From the NCBI GenBank assembly GCA_037917675.1, contig JAVCBW010000034.1:1-64000 (forward strand): a stretch of DNA of 64,000 nucleotides, written 5' to 3'. Made by a program: the position numbers and the translations under genes. The notes under the pieces were generated by a model that worked only from the letters and a program-made list of their open reading frames with translations, had not been told where the DNA came from and did not search any database. This DNA comes from Thermoproteota archaeon. GTDB lineage: Archaea > Korarchaeota > Korarchaeia > B14-G2. Position 1 is the stretch's first letter. The number at the start of each line of letters is the position of its first letter. Below are positions 20,193 through 29,912 of the stretch, piece after piece.

Positions 20193-20977
20193 CAGTGGAA
20201 ACCCTGCTGTCAGCCTTAGAGGAGCTGTCTATACCGCCAGCTAAGGTGGCTTACCTCCTAGCGACACACATACATGTCGATCACGCTGGCTCATCAGGGC
20301 TCCTACTGAGCAAGCTTCCTGAAGCTAAGCTAGCTGTATTCTATAGGGCTTCAAAGCACATGGTGGATCCAACTAGGCTATGGGAGAGTACGAAGCAGGT
20401 TCTAGGTGAGAGAGCTGAGGTATATGGCCCATACAAGCCAGTTCCACCAGAGAGGATCCTAGATGTGAGGGAGGGTGACTCTATAAGCGTGGAGGGCTTC
20501 AAGCTAGATGTCATAGAGTCACCTGGCCACGCCTATCATCATGTCTGCTACTTCATACCTGACATGAAGGTGCTGTTCTCAGGAGATGCAGCTGGAATAA
20601 GGCTTCCTAAAGCTGAAGCCGTAGCTCCAACCACACCTCCACCATTCCGCCTTGACCTGGAGCTCAAGACCCTAGATAAGCTAGCTTCTCTCTCACCAGA
20701 GTACATATGCTACACACACTTTGGAGCATATCCTGGTGCAGTAGAGAAGATCCTAGAGTATAGGAGTCAGCTTGAGCTCTGGTATACAGCTGTAAGAGAG
20801 ATGCTAGACAGGGAAGCTAGCCTAGATGACATGTTCAGTGAGCTGGAGAAAAGAGACTCTAGGCTGAGCAGGATCCTTGAAGCTTACCCACAGGAGTTCA
20901 TCAGGCAGCTCCTATACTCGAGTCTAGTAGGCATGATGCAGTATGCTATAGGAGAGAGCTTAAGCTCTGAAGCATAG
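20054..20977 (+). CDS. MBL-fold metallo-hydrolase
   Basis: THIHVDHAG, SPGHAYHH, FSGDAAG, YTHFG. Confidence 0.92.
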   Translation: MVLALIREVLPRVFQVDLKPSGLEGLISSYILAGEKAAIVDPGPSSAVETLLSALEELSIPPAKVAYLLATHIHVDHAGSSGLLLSKLPEAKLAVFYRASKHMVDPTRLWESTKQVLGERAEVYGPYKPVPPERILDVREGDSISVEGFKLDVIESPGHAYHHVCYFIPDMKVLFSGDAAGIRLPKAEAVAPTTPPPFRLDLELKTLDKLASLSPEYICYTHFGAYPGAVEKILEYRSQLELWYTAVREMLDREASLDDMFSELEKRDSRLSRILEAYPQEFIRQLLYSSLVGMMQYAIGESLSSEA

Positions 20978-22093
20978 CATCTTCACCTGAAGCCCTCCAT
21001 AGGGTAGTGCTCTCCTCTCAGCTAGCTCCATGTGTCTGCCTAGCTCCTCCTCGAGGACTCCTGCCACCCCTGCCTCAGATATGATGCACACTACTTCATG
21101 GACACACTCTGCTAGAGCATCTGAGAGCCTCCTATAGAGCTCAGCTATCCTGCCTCTCCTCCCAGACCTATACCCGAATGGCGGGTTAGATAGAGCATAC
21201 TCGACACTATACCTCCTATAGACCTCTAGGAAGTCTCCTACTGTGAAGTCTATGGTGTGGACTCCAGCTCTAGCTGCATTGAGGACAGCTCCCTGGATGT
21301 GCTTGGGGCTGACATCTACACCATAGAGCTCTGGGCTACACCTCCTAGACATACGCTCCCTGAGCTTAGCCAGCTCCTCTCTGACATCAAGCTCCGAGAA
21401 GGGCTTTAGCCTGGCTAGAGGATAGCTCCTCCTAAAGCTTCCAGGAGGTATCCCGAGAGCCATCATCCCAGCCTCAATCAGTATGGTCCCACTCCCACAC
21501 ATTGGGTCTAGGAGGCTCTTCTCGCAAGTCCACTCTGAGAGCCTCAGCATACAGGATGCTAGCACAGGGTTGAGTGGAGCAGGGTGGTTATACACCCTAT
21601 ATCCTCTCTTGTGAAGTGACGCTCCACTTGTATCGACACCAAAGTAGAAGAGGTCATCGATCACATAGCATCTGACAACAACATCTGGGTTGCTCAAGTC
21701 CACCTTAATCCTCCTGTCAAAGTAGTCTACGATAGCCTGCCCAGCTACCCTATTCACGTCAATGGAGGTGTAGCTGTGCTCGCCGTGCCTAGCGGTCCTC
21801 ACAGCAAACGTAGAGCTCTCATCGAAGAGCTCACGCCACTCAAAGCTCCTCACCGCCCTATAGATCTCATCAAGTCCCTCTCTGCCAAGTGAAACCCTAC
21901 TGCAGCCACCATACACTAGGACTCTAAGCAGGGTCCTACAGCCTAAGTTCAGTGTCAGGAATTCTCTTGGAGAGCATCTGAAGACAGCTCTCCCACGCCC
22001 AACAACCCTGAGCTCTCTTCCACCTAGCAGCTCAGCTATCTCACTAGCTGCAATGTCCTCAAGCCCCCAAAAGCATATGGCGAGAGCCTCCAT
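20960..22093 (-). CDS. trm14: THUMP-domain tRNA (guanine-N2) methyltransferase, Trm14-like
   Basis: THUMP domain, DTSGASLHKRGYR, HPAPLNP, DPMCGSGT, SNPPFG. Confidence 0.85.
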   Translation of the reverse strand: MEALAICFWGLEDIAASEIAELLGGRELRVVGRGRAVFRCSPREFLTLNLGCRTLLRVLVYGGCSRVSLGREGLDEIYRAVRSFEWRELFDESSTFAVRTARHGEHSYTSIDVNRVAGQAIVDYFDRRIKVDLSNPDVVVRCYVIDDLFYFGVDTSGASLHKRGYRVYNHPAPLNPVLASCMLRLSEWTCEKSLLDPMCGSGTILIEAGMMALGIPPGSFRRSYPLARLKPFSELDVREELAKLRERMSRRCSPELYGVDVSPKHIQGAVLNAARAGVHTIDFTVGDFLEVYRRYSVEYALSNPPFGYRSGRRGRIAELYRRLSDALAECVHEVVCIISEAGVAGVLEEELGRHMELAERRALPYGGLQVKMLCFRA

Positions 22094-22431
22094 CCACTAC
22101 CCACCATAGAGCTGCCTGTAGCTACACCCCTACTAGGCAGCTACACTACTGCCTTAGGAAGCTGATAAACCAGACGGTATCTAGATGCCAGCTACCAGAA
22201 GCAAGCTGAAGCTCTAGCTGATGACGAGCATCCTCGAAGCTATCTGGAGCTTAGCATAGAGCTGAGACAGGATGCATGATAGATGTAGCTGTCATGCTTC
22301 AGGCCATATGCCTCATCAGCCTAGCTAGGGGCTATCTACAGCTTATAGCCTCAGCACTGCTCTGAACGAGCTCTATGCTAGATGGGAGCTATGAGTATAC
22401 GCCTTGTGAAACCGTTAAATATTTGGTGAAT

Positions 22432-22584
22432 GTTGGTGGGTGTGAAGGCCGTCTGGTCGCTAAGCGACCATCAGGCTTCAACCTTCAGATGTGGGGCGCA
22501 GGAGGTTCCCTCGAAGGGGGTGAGACCACTATGGTCGATGTAAACCAAGGCAGATGTCCACTCACCAACGCAGACACCCGCCGA
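22432..22584 (+). ncRNA. Putative structured non-coding RNA (unassigned family)
   Basis: Terminal 11-bp helix plus internal hairpins whose G-U pairs work only on the + strand; TTAAATA box at 22415-22421. Confidence 0.45.
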
Positions 22585-22655
22585 ACCCATGCTGCCTCCT
22601 CTCAGCTTATGGTGGAGCTTTTAAGACAGCTTCTGCCATGCTATGTGGTGGTTGA

Positions 22656-23894
22656 TTGAGCCACCTTAAGGGGATTACTGGAAGCTTGAGCAGGAGGCTT
22701 GAAGGCAGGAGGATTGTCCTCTGTATAACTGGGAGTGTAGCTGCTATGGAGGCTCCTAGGCTTGCAAGGGAGCTTATGAGGCATGGTGCTGACGTGAATG
22801 TAGTGATGTCTAATGCTGCTTGCAAGCTTATCGGCCCAGATCTAATGGAGTGGGCTACTGGTAACCCTGTCATCACAGAGCTCACTGGGAGGCTAGAGCA
22901 TGTTGAGCTTGCTGGAGACTGGGAGGGTAAGGCTGACTTGGTGCTGGTATATCCTGCTACAGCTAACACAATAAGCAAGATAGCTCATGGAGTAGATGAC
23001 ACACCTGTTACAACAGTTGTTTCCACTGCACTAGGATCTGGGATCCCTGTGCTCGTTGCTCCAGCCATGCACCACTCCATGTACAGGAACCCCTTTGTAG
23101 CTGAGAGCTTAAGGAGGCTCTCTGAGGGGGGTGTGAGGGTCATCCAGCCTAGGATAGAGGAGGGGAAGGCTAAGGTCGCTAGCGTAGATGAGGCTGTAGA
23201 GGAGGTCCTAAGAGAGCTTTCCCCAAGAGACTATGGTGGTGTTAGAGCTATTGTGACTGCTGGCCCGACAGTAGAGTGCATCGACTCAGTGCGTGTAGTC
23301 ACGAACATGAGCTCTGGCATGATGGGTATTGAGCTAGCTAAGGAGCTATATAGGCGTGGTGCTGAGGTCAAGCTTATCTATGGCCCAGGGACAGTTCAGC
23401 CTCCAAGCTGGATAGAGACCATAAGGGTTATGTCAGCTCAGGACATGCTTCAGGCGGTCAGATCTGAGCTATCTAGCCGGGAGTATAGCCTCTTCATAGG
23501 GGCTGCTGCAGTCTCAGACTATGCTCCAGAGGAGACTCTGCCAGGTAAGCTCTCTACCAGAGAGGTCAGAGAGCTTACTCTCAAGCTTGTCCAGACACCT
23601 AAGATACTTGAGGCTGTCAGGGAGGCTAGCAGTAGCATAAGGATAGTTGCGTTTAAGGCTGAGTTCGGAGTGAGTAGAGATGTGCTCGTGGAGAGGGCGA
23701 GAAGGAAGCTGAGGGAGCTGGGTGCAGAGATGGTTGTCGCAAACGACCTAGCTAAGCCAGGGGCAGGCTTCAGGTCTGAGACAAACCAGGCCATAATAGT
23801 AGACAAGACAGGAGCTGTAGTAGAGCTGCCTCTGATGCCTAAGAGTGAGCTGGCTAAGGCAATCCTAGACCACCTAGCTTCACTAGGATGGTAG
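22656..23894 (+). CDS. coaBC: Phosphopantothenoylcysteine decarboxylase/phosphopantothenate-cysteine ligase
   Basis: CITGSVAA, PATANTISKIAHG, APAMH, VTAGPT, SSGMMG, AAAVSDY, FKAE, VAND. Confidence 0.96.
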   Translation: MSHLKGITGSLSRRLEGRRIVLCITGSVAAMEAPRLARELMRHGADVNVVMSNAACKLIGPDLMEWATGNPVITELTGRLEHVELAGDWEGKADLVLVYPATANTISKIAHGVDDTPVTTVVSTALGSGIPVLVAPAMHHSMYRNPFVAESLRRLSEGGVRVIQPRIEEGKAKVASVDEAVEEVLRELSPRDYGGVRAIVTAGPTVECIDSVRVVTNMSSGMMGIELAKELYRRGAEVKLIYGPGTVQPPSWIETIRVMSAQDMLQAVRSELSSREYSLFIGAAAVSDYAPEETLPGKLSTREVRELTLKLVQTPKILEAVREASSSIRIVAFKAEFGVSRDVLVERARRKLRELGAEMVVANDLAKPGAGFRSETNQAIIVDKTGAVVELPLMPKSELAKAILDHLASLGW

Positions 23895-23895
23895 C

Positions 23896-24585
23896 ATGTG
23901 CACCATAGTAGCTCTGCTCTCAGATGGAGAGCTGCTCTTCCTGGAGAACAGAGACATACCAGATGAGAGGTTCATTGGAGACATGCCAGCTATGCTGAGA
24001 GGAGTAGCTGCGTTATTCGACTTGAGGTCGAGTGGCATAGTATGTGGCTATAGCCTAAGGTCTAAGGTGTATGGTGGAGTTGTAAATGTGCTAGGCTATG
24101 AGGCTCCGAAGTCACGTGGTGTACTTCTCCTCAAGACTCTGGTGAAGGCAAGCTCTCTAAGCGATGCCTTAAGCTACATGACTAGGGAGCTTGAGACAGG
24201 AGAGTATAGCTCAGCAGTCTACCTGATAGGTGACATGAGCTCGATGCTGAGAGTCGAGAGCTATGGTAGGAAGGTCTACATAGAGGAGCTAGACAACACA
24301 GCCATAGTGACAAACATATTCCACAGCCTGAGAGACGGCTTGTACCTGGAGGCTTCAGCAGCAAGAGAGGCAGCTGTAAGAGAGTTCCTACATCATAGGA
24401 GCCCTCTCTCACTAGGAGGCATCATGCAGCTAGCAAGGCTCCACAGAGGGCTGGGCTCAGTCTGCAGGCATGGGGTTAAGCACACTGTCTCAAGCATGAT
24501 ATTCAAGGCTTCTCAAGAGGGGTTTGAAGCATACTACTGCCGTAGCCAGCCATGTAGGTTCCAGTACTCTAAGGTGTGCTTCTAG
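23896..24585 (+). CDS. Putative Ntn-hydrolase-fold protein (NRDE/C45-like)
   Basis: N-terminal MCT (Cys nucleophile), ENRD, VTN, HTVSSMI. Confidence 0.55.
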   Translation: MCTIVALLSDGELLFLENRDIPDERFIGDMPAMLRGVAALFDLRSSGIVCGYSLRSKVYGGVVNVLGYEAPKSRGVLLLKTLVKASSLSDALSYMTRELETGEYSSAVYLIGDMSSMLRVESYGRKVYIEELDNTAIVTNIFHSLRDGLYLEASAAREAAVREFLHHRSPLSLGGIMQLARLHRGLGSVCRHGVKHTVSSMIFKASQEGFEAYYCRSQPCRFQYSKVCF

Positions 24586-24611
24586 CCTAGCATGGAGATG
24601 CTTTAGCTAGG

Positions 24612-25388
24612 CTAGCTTGGCTGACGCCTCTCTGGCAGCTTGCAGAAGACTCTCTCTCCTCTCTTAGCGACCTCTACTCCAGCTCTCTTCAAGCTCTCTT
24701 GGACATGAGGGTATAGGACTAGAGTCTCAAACTCGACTTCAGCTAGCTTGCTGCTGATCTCACTCAGCTTTCTGATGAGAGATGCCAGCTTCCTCTCATC
24801 TATGAACTCTAGCATCACTGCTGCGTTACATGACATCCCTTCTCTGACCAGGTTCTCTAGCGCCCTGAGCTGGAGGCTGAACGCCTCTCTTCCAGCTCCA
24901 GTTAGGGCCTCGAAGTCTTCTGGTGTAGCTCCCTTGAGGCTTACTCTCACGTGGGTGAAGTCTCTCGCTTCGCTGGCAAGCTCCTCTGCATATGCTCTCG
25001 AGGACCCGAGCACTATGCCATTTGTTTCAAGTATGAATATCCTCCCTCTCCTGCTATGCTTCAGCTCTCTCAGGACTCCCATGAGGTGTGTCCAGCCTAG
25101 TGTAGGCTCATTTCCACTTATCCTGAGCAGCATGTATCCTCGGCTTTCAGCTATCGAGGTGAGCTTCCCTGCGACTTGCCTTGGGCTGTAGAACCTGCCT
25201 ACTGTCTTGAAGCTGTCTCTTGGCTTGGCGCTCCAGCAGAATATGCACCTTAGATTGCAGCCTACACAGTCTGCTGTCGCTATGCCGCCATAGAATGGAG
25301 CTGGCCTGAACCTATAGTACTTTCTCTCCTCTCCTCTGAGGACATGCTCCTCTATAGCCCTACCGTGCTTAAGGGGGTCGAAGGGCAA
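24612..25388 (-). CDS. Radical SAM protein (paralog of 4970-5791)
   Basis: ERKYYRFR..FYGGIATADCVGCNLRCIFCW, ISGNEPT, FILETNG. Confidence 0.88.
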   Translation of the reverse strand: MPFDPLKHGRAIEEHVLRGEERKYYRFRPAPFYGGIATADCVGCNLRCIFCWSAKPRDSFKTVGRFYSPRQVAGKLTSIAESRGYMLLRISGNEPTLGWTHLMGVLRELKHSRRGRIFILETNGIVLGSSRAYAEELASEARDFTHVRVSLKGATPEDFEALTGAGREAFSLQLRALENLVREGMSCNAAVMLEFIDERKLASLIRKLSEISSKLAEVEFETLVLYPHVQESLKRAGVEVAKRGERVFCKLPERRQPS

Positions 25389-25412
25389 TAGACCACCAAA
25401 AATTGGAGTGGG

Positions 25413-26573
25413 CTAGAAGTCTACTCTCCTCCCCTCATACATGTACTTGAGGAGCCTCCTGTAGTCTTCGTGAGATGGTATTCTAGGGTTGACTGTGGTT
25501 CCACTTGAAGATGCTGCTAGCTTGACGAGCTTGTCCATGTTCTCCTCAAGCTCTCTCTCTGACACCCCGCTTTCAGCTAGAGTCGATGGAAGCCTCAGCT
25601 CGCTGAGTAGCCTCCTGACTTCGTCAGCTAGCTTGAGCCCAGCTTCCCTCTTGCTCACGTAGCTTAGCCTGAGGTGGTGTGCTATGTCCTCAAGCCTATC
25701 CTCTGCCTCAGGTAGGTCATACTCTATGGTGTAAGGTAGGCATACTCCAACTATCTCTCCATGTGGGATCTTGAAGACTCCTCCTATCGCATGAGCTAAG
25801 GCGTGAGCTACACCTATCATGGAGTTACTGAATGCTAGCCCAGCTATAGTAGCTGCATTATGCATCTTCTCTCTAGCTTCCATGTCATCTGGGTTCCTGT
25901 ATGCCCTTGGCAGGTAGCTGAAGACTAGCTCTATAGCTTTCAGAGCTAAGCCATCTGTGAAGTCGTTTGCCCACTGGCTCACATATGCCTCTATGGCATG
26001 TGCTAGGACATCCATGCCTGTTGCAGCAGTGAGCTTTGGAGGCATGCTCCTAGCTAGCCTTGGGTCTACTATAGCTATGTCTGGGATCAGCTCATGGTGT
26101 GCTAGCTCCATCTTCCTGTGCTCAGCTGGGTCAGTTATCACAGCAGCCCAAGTTGCTTCCGAGCCTGTCCCACTGGTAGTAGGTATGGCTATGAGCCTAG
26201 CTTTCTCTCTCAGCTTGAGCTCAGCTAGCGGAGCTATCTCCTCTATGCTGAGCTCTGGGTTCTCGTATAGCGCCCATATGGCTTTAGCTGTGTCTATGCA
26301 TGAGCCTCCTCCCACAGCTACTATGAGGTCTGGCTGCACTCTCCTAGCGGCTTCAAGCCCTCTAGCAACGCAAGACGTTGTAGGCTCAGCTTCTACTCCA
26401 TCATAGAGCTCGACTTCAACTCCAGCTTCCCTAAGCTTCTCAGCTATGCTCTCTGCTGCAAGCCTCCTTAGCACCCTATCTGTCACTATGAGAGCCTGTC
26501 TTCCCCTGATCTCGCTCAGGTAGTCTAGTGCATCCTCTCCGAACACTACCTTAGGGGAGATGAAGTACCACAA
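25413..26573 (-). CDS. Iron-containing alcohol dehydrogenase
   Basis: AVGGGSCID, PTTSGTGSE, GMDVLAHAIE, GVAHALAH, PHG. Confidence 0.95.
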   Translation of the reverse strand: MWYFISPKVVFGEDALDYLSEIRGRQALIVTDRVLRRLAAESIAEKLREAGVEVELYDGVEAEPTTSCVARGLEAARRVQPDLIVAVGGGSCIDTAKAIWALYENPELSIEEIAPLAELKLREKARLIAIPTTSGTGSEATWAAVITDPAEHRKMELAHHELIPDIAIVDPRLARSMPPKLTAATGMDVLAHAIEAYVSQWANDFTDGLALKAIELVFSYLPRAYRNPDDMEAREKMHNAATIAGLAFSNSMIGVAHALAHAIGGVFKIPHGEIVGVCLPYTIEYDLPEAEDRLEDIAHHLRLSYVSKREAGLKLADEVRRLLSELRLPSTLAESGVSERELEENMDKLVKLAASSSGTTVNPRIPSHEDYRRLLKYMYEGRRVDF

Positions 26574-26584
26574 GCTCTCAGCCG

Positions 26585-27010
26585 CTAGATGAACTCTGTT
26601 GGAACCTTGCTTGCTGTCTCAACGAGCAGCTTAGCTGCCTTCGTATACCTCATGACCTTAGCCATGTTCCCCTTCAGCTTGAACTTCCTGGTCAGCAGGC
26701 CCTTGATAGGGTCTATCTCGCCTCTGATGAGCTTCTTCCAGTTGGAGTAAGGCCCCTCGTAAACGAACTCTGTCTTAACCTCACTTCGGCTTGAGACCAT
26801 CCTAGCATCTCTACACTTCCCATGATAGAGGTCTACATAGAAGCAGTACTCTCTGTCAAGCCCCTCATCTGGAGTTATCACGAAGAGGAAGTCGCCCTCC
26901 CAGTCTCTAGCTGCCTCCTCATACTCCCTGTTCCTGTTAAGCTCCTCCTTGAACGCCTTAATCCACTCTTCACTAGGGAACTTGTACCTCATGCTCAACA
27001 TGCTCACCAT
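26585..27010 (-). CDS. SCP2 sterol/lipid-binding domain protein
   Basis: FPSEEW, WKKLIRGEIDP, KFKLKGNM. Confidence 0.85.
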   Translation of the reverse strand: MVSMLSMRYKFPSEEWIKAFKEELNRNREYEEAARDWEGDFLFVITPDEGLDREYCFYVDLYHGKCRDARMVSSRSEVKTEFVYEGPYSNWKKLIRGEIDPIKGLLTRKFKLKGNMAKVMRYTKAAKLLVETASKVPTEFI

Positions 27011-27021
27011 AACCCTCTACC

Positions 27022-28878
27022 CTAGGTGGTTGATAACGCTGACCCAGATGACCAAATGTCTCCAGCTACATCCTCGAGCCCAAGCTCAGCTAGAGTCTTC
27101 CTGAGGGGCTTCCCTGTCTTAGGATCCCACCCTCTAGCATCATAGAGCTCTCTGAGCTGCCTGCTCAGGTCTGGCACATGCCCCTGTGTGCCTCCCTCTC
27201 TCAGAGGCTCCATGACGACCTTAGGTAGCCTATCGTTTGCAGCAGTGTCTCCGAGCTTCATGTTGAAGCACCTCTTCAGGTCGAATATCCTCCTCCCAGC
27301 CTTCATGAGCTCCTCTATGCTGTAGCTCCAGCCTGTAGCATAGGAGAGCATCTCAGCTGTCAGCTTCACAGGTATGTTCGCGAACTGGCACATTATCAGA
27401 GAGTTATAGACGCTCCTGAGATCCTGACACCTAGCTGCCACATACCCCTTACCCTCATTTAGGAACCTGTCTCCTGATGTTATCCCAACCTCAGGGAAGT
27501 CTTGGCCTAAGTCAACTAGCCAGACGTCACCTTGGAGGTGGCATGCGCCTCTAGGTGACGTAGCATAGCATACTGCCTGCCCTAGGAACGCTCTGGGATC
27601 ATGCATCGGTATCTCAAGCCCTCTGACATGGGCAGCATACTCCTCCATCCCATACCTGGCAGCAAGCTCCTTGACTCCTCTGGCAAGATGCCTTCCAAAC
27701 CCTTCTCCTCTAGCTGTCATCTCTATGAGCTTGTGGACAGCCTCGACATCACCCCAGTTGAGCTCGAATCCGACCTCCTCTCTTGTGATAGCTCCCCTCT
27801 CATAGAGGAACATGGCGAAGCCTATTGTAACCCCCATGCTTATGGTGTCTAGCCCATAGAGGTTGCAGAGGTAGTTTGCGTAGGCGATCCCCTCTAGGTC
27901 TGATATGAGGAGCAGAGACCCCAGGGATGCTACAGTCTCATATTCTGGGCCATCTGTCTCTGGAGTCTGGTACCTACCTGAGAGCTTGACTACCCTACCA
28001 CACCCTATTGGGCAGCCATAGCATGCTCTTCTCCCTACTAGGATCGTGGAAGCCATGGCTATGCCGCTTATCTTGTCGACTTCCTTGAAAAAGCCTCCAG
28101 TGAAGTACTTGGTAGGCATGTCTCCTATCTCCTGCCCCATCTCAGCATACCCTGATGTCCCAAGCTCCCTATACATGGAGGTCGTCAAAAGCTCAAGCAG
28201 CTGCTGCCTAGCTTCGCCTACAGCCTTCCTGAACCCAGCTGGGTCAGCTGCCTCCACTCTAAGAGAGCCTGAGACAGCTATAGCCTTCAGGTTCTTGCTC
28301 CCCATCAAGGCTCCAAGCCCACACCTAGCTGCCATACGCCCCTTGTCATTGGCTACTCCAGCTATCCTGACGAGGTTCTCTCCAGCAGGCCCAATGCAGG
28401 CTACACTAACCTTCTCACCTAAGTCCTTTGATATGGCCTCCTGTGTCTCGAAGGTTGTAGCTCCCTTGAGCCCCTCACAGCTCCTGATCTCACACTCACC
28501 GTCCCTGACATACAGGTAGCTGAGCTCTCTGGCTCTCCCAACTATGAGTAAGCCATCTACTCCAGCCTTCTTCAGCCTAGCTCCAAAAGCTCCTCCAGCA
28601 TTAGCTTCACCCCATAACCCAGTCTGAGGGCTTCTGCCACAGACTACATGCCTGCCACACGCTGGAGCTTGAGTCCCTACTAGAGGCCCAGCCATGAAGA
28701 CAAGTGGGCTAGCTGAGTGCAGTGGATCCATGCTCCCATCGACCATGCCATAGATCAGCCTACAGGCAAGCCCGCTTCCACCAATGAACTCCTTAACCCA
28801 CCTCTCATCCAGCTCCTTGAGCTCAGCTCTCCTCTCAGAGAGGTCTACAGCCAGGATCCTACACCAAGCTGAAGTCAA
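27022..28878 (-). CDS. aor: Aldehyde:ferredoxin oxidoreductase (tungsten AOR family)
   Basis: IGPAGEN, GLGALMGSKNLKAI, CYGCPIGC, GPEYET, GLDTIS, RGACH. Confidence 0.95.
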   Translation of the reverse strand: MTSAWCRILAVDLSERRAELKELDERWVKEFIGGSGLACRLIYGMVDGSMDPLHSASPLVFMAGPLVGTQAPACGRHVVCGRSPQTGLWGEANAGGAFGARLKKAGVDGLLIVGRARELSYLYVRDGECEIRSCEGLKGATTFETQEAISKDLGEKVSVACIGPAGENLVRIAGVANDKGRMAARCGLGALMGSKNLKAIAVSGSLRVEAADPAGFRKAVGEARQQLLELLTTSMYRELGTSGYAEMGQEIGDMPTKYFTGGFFKEVDKISGIAMASTILVGRRACYGCPIGCGRVVKLSGRYQTPETDGPEYETVASLGSLLLISDLEGIAYANYLCNLYGLDTISMGVTIGFAMFLYERGAITREEVGFELNWGDVEAVHKLIEMTARGEGFGRHLARGVKELAARYGMEEYAAHVRGLEIPMHDPRAFLGQAVCYATSPRGACHLQGDVWLVDLGQDFPEVGITSGDRFLNEGKGYVAARCQDLRSVYNSLIMCQFANIPVKLTAEMLSYATGWSYSIEELMKAGRRIFDLKRCFNMKLGDTAANDRLPKVVMEPLREGGTQGHVPDLSRQLRELYDARGWDPKTGKPLRKTLAELGLEDVAGDIWSSGSALSTT

Positions 28879-29273
28879 GGAACCACCATACCCTACAATG
28901 CTACAGCTGTATTAAGCTACTATGCTAAACAGAGCCCTGGCAGCTTCTCTCGAATCTCTTCTTAAGCTATGCTCCTCTCGCTGGGCTGCGTTCTTCAGGC
29001 AGCCTGGTGCCAGAAGCCTACAGATAGACCTATACTCTCCAAGATGGCTGTGAGGTAGCCGCCAGAACAGAGCTAGAGTCAGGATCTAGCTCCATGCCTT
29101 CAGTGTAGCCTCTGTGGTGCAATCATGTAGCTCTCAGCGAAGCACTGATGCTAGATGGCGTGTTGAGAAGGATCTATGAAGGAGGCTATAGCCAAAGTAG
29201 CCTAGGTAGCATATGCTAGCAGTAACCGACAAGTTAAAAGCGTATGTAGCCTGTGACTTTAAGGTGACACTAC

Positions 29274-29903
29274 ATGAAAGCTTCTCTCGCTGCTGTCGTT
29301 CTCATAGCTATAGCTGTAGCTGCATACGCCCTCTACTCATACACTGGTGCTCCTGAAGCTGCTATGAAGCCTGAAAAGAGCCTCAGTGGCAAGAGGGTTC
29401 TCTTCATAGTGTCTTTCAGAGATTTCAGGGATGAGGAGCTTGAGGTTCCGCTAGCTCACCTGAAGAAGCTTGGTGCTGAAGCCTATGTTGCCAGCACACA
29501 GAGGGGTATAGCGAAGGGCATGCTAGGCATGATTGTTGAAGTCAACTTAACACTAAGTGAGGTCGATGTAGGTGAGTTTGATGCAGTTGTATTCATTGGT
29601 GGAAGTGGGACGCCGAAGTACCTCTGGGGGAACCGTGAGGCAGCTAGGATAGCTAGGGAAGCCTATGAGAGAGGGAAGGTTGTTGCTGCAATATGTCTTG
29701 CTCCAGGCGTGCTAGCTGAGGCAGGTATATTGGAGGGGAAGCGTGCTACAGCGTATCCTGCAGCAAGGCAGATGCTCATAGAGCATGGAGCAGAGTATGT
29801 CAGAGCTAAGGTGGTTGTGGAGGGAAATGTGGTGACAGCATCAGGGCCTGAGGCAGCTGAGGAGTTTGCTGAGGCGATAGCAGACCTCCTCTCTAGAGGG
29901 TGA
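29274..29903 (+). CDS. DJ-1/PfpI family protein with N-terminal membrane anchor or signal
   Basis: FRDEE, FIGGSG, AAICLAP; hydrophobic N-terminus. Confidence 0.88.
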   Translation: MKASLAAVVLIAIAVAAYALYSYTGAPEAAMKPEKSLSGKRVLFIVSFRDFRDEELEVPLAHLKKLGAEAYVASTQRGIAKGMLGMIVEVNLTLSEVDVGEFDAVVFIGGSGTPKYLWGNREAARIAREAYERGKVVAAICLAPGVLAEAGILEGKRATAYPAARQMLIEHGAEYVRAKVVVEGNVVTASGPEAAEEFAEAIADLLSRG

Positions 29904-29912
29904 TATGGTAGC

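Noticed and set aside
22218-22265. C/D-box sRNA candidate (CTGATGA...CTGA)
   Set aside because: Internal C'/D' boxes are poor, no exact rRNA/tRNA complement was recognised, and CTGA is very frequent in this genome.
22432-22590. Assignment as RNase P, SRP, 5S rRNA or tRNA
   Set aside because: No P4 complement for the AGGAGGTTCC segment, no SRP helix-8 motif and no cloverleaf.
22375-22659. 94-aa ORF upstream of coaBC
   Set aside because: No recognisable motif, atypical codon usage, and it spans two promoter-like boxes and a structured segment.
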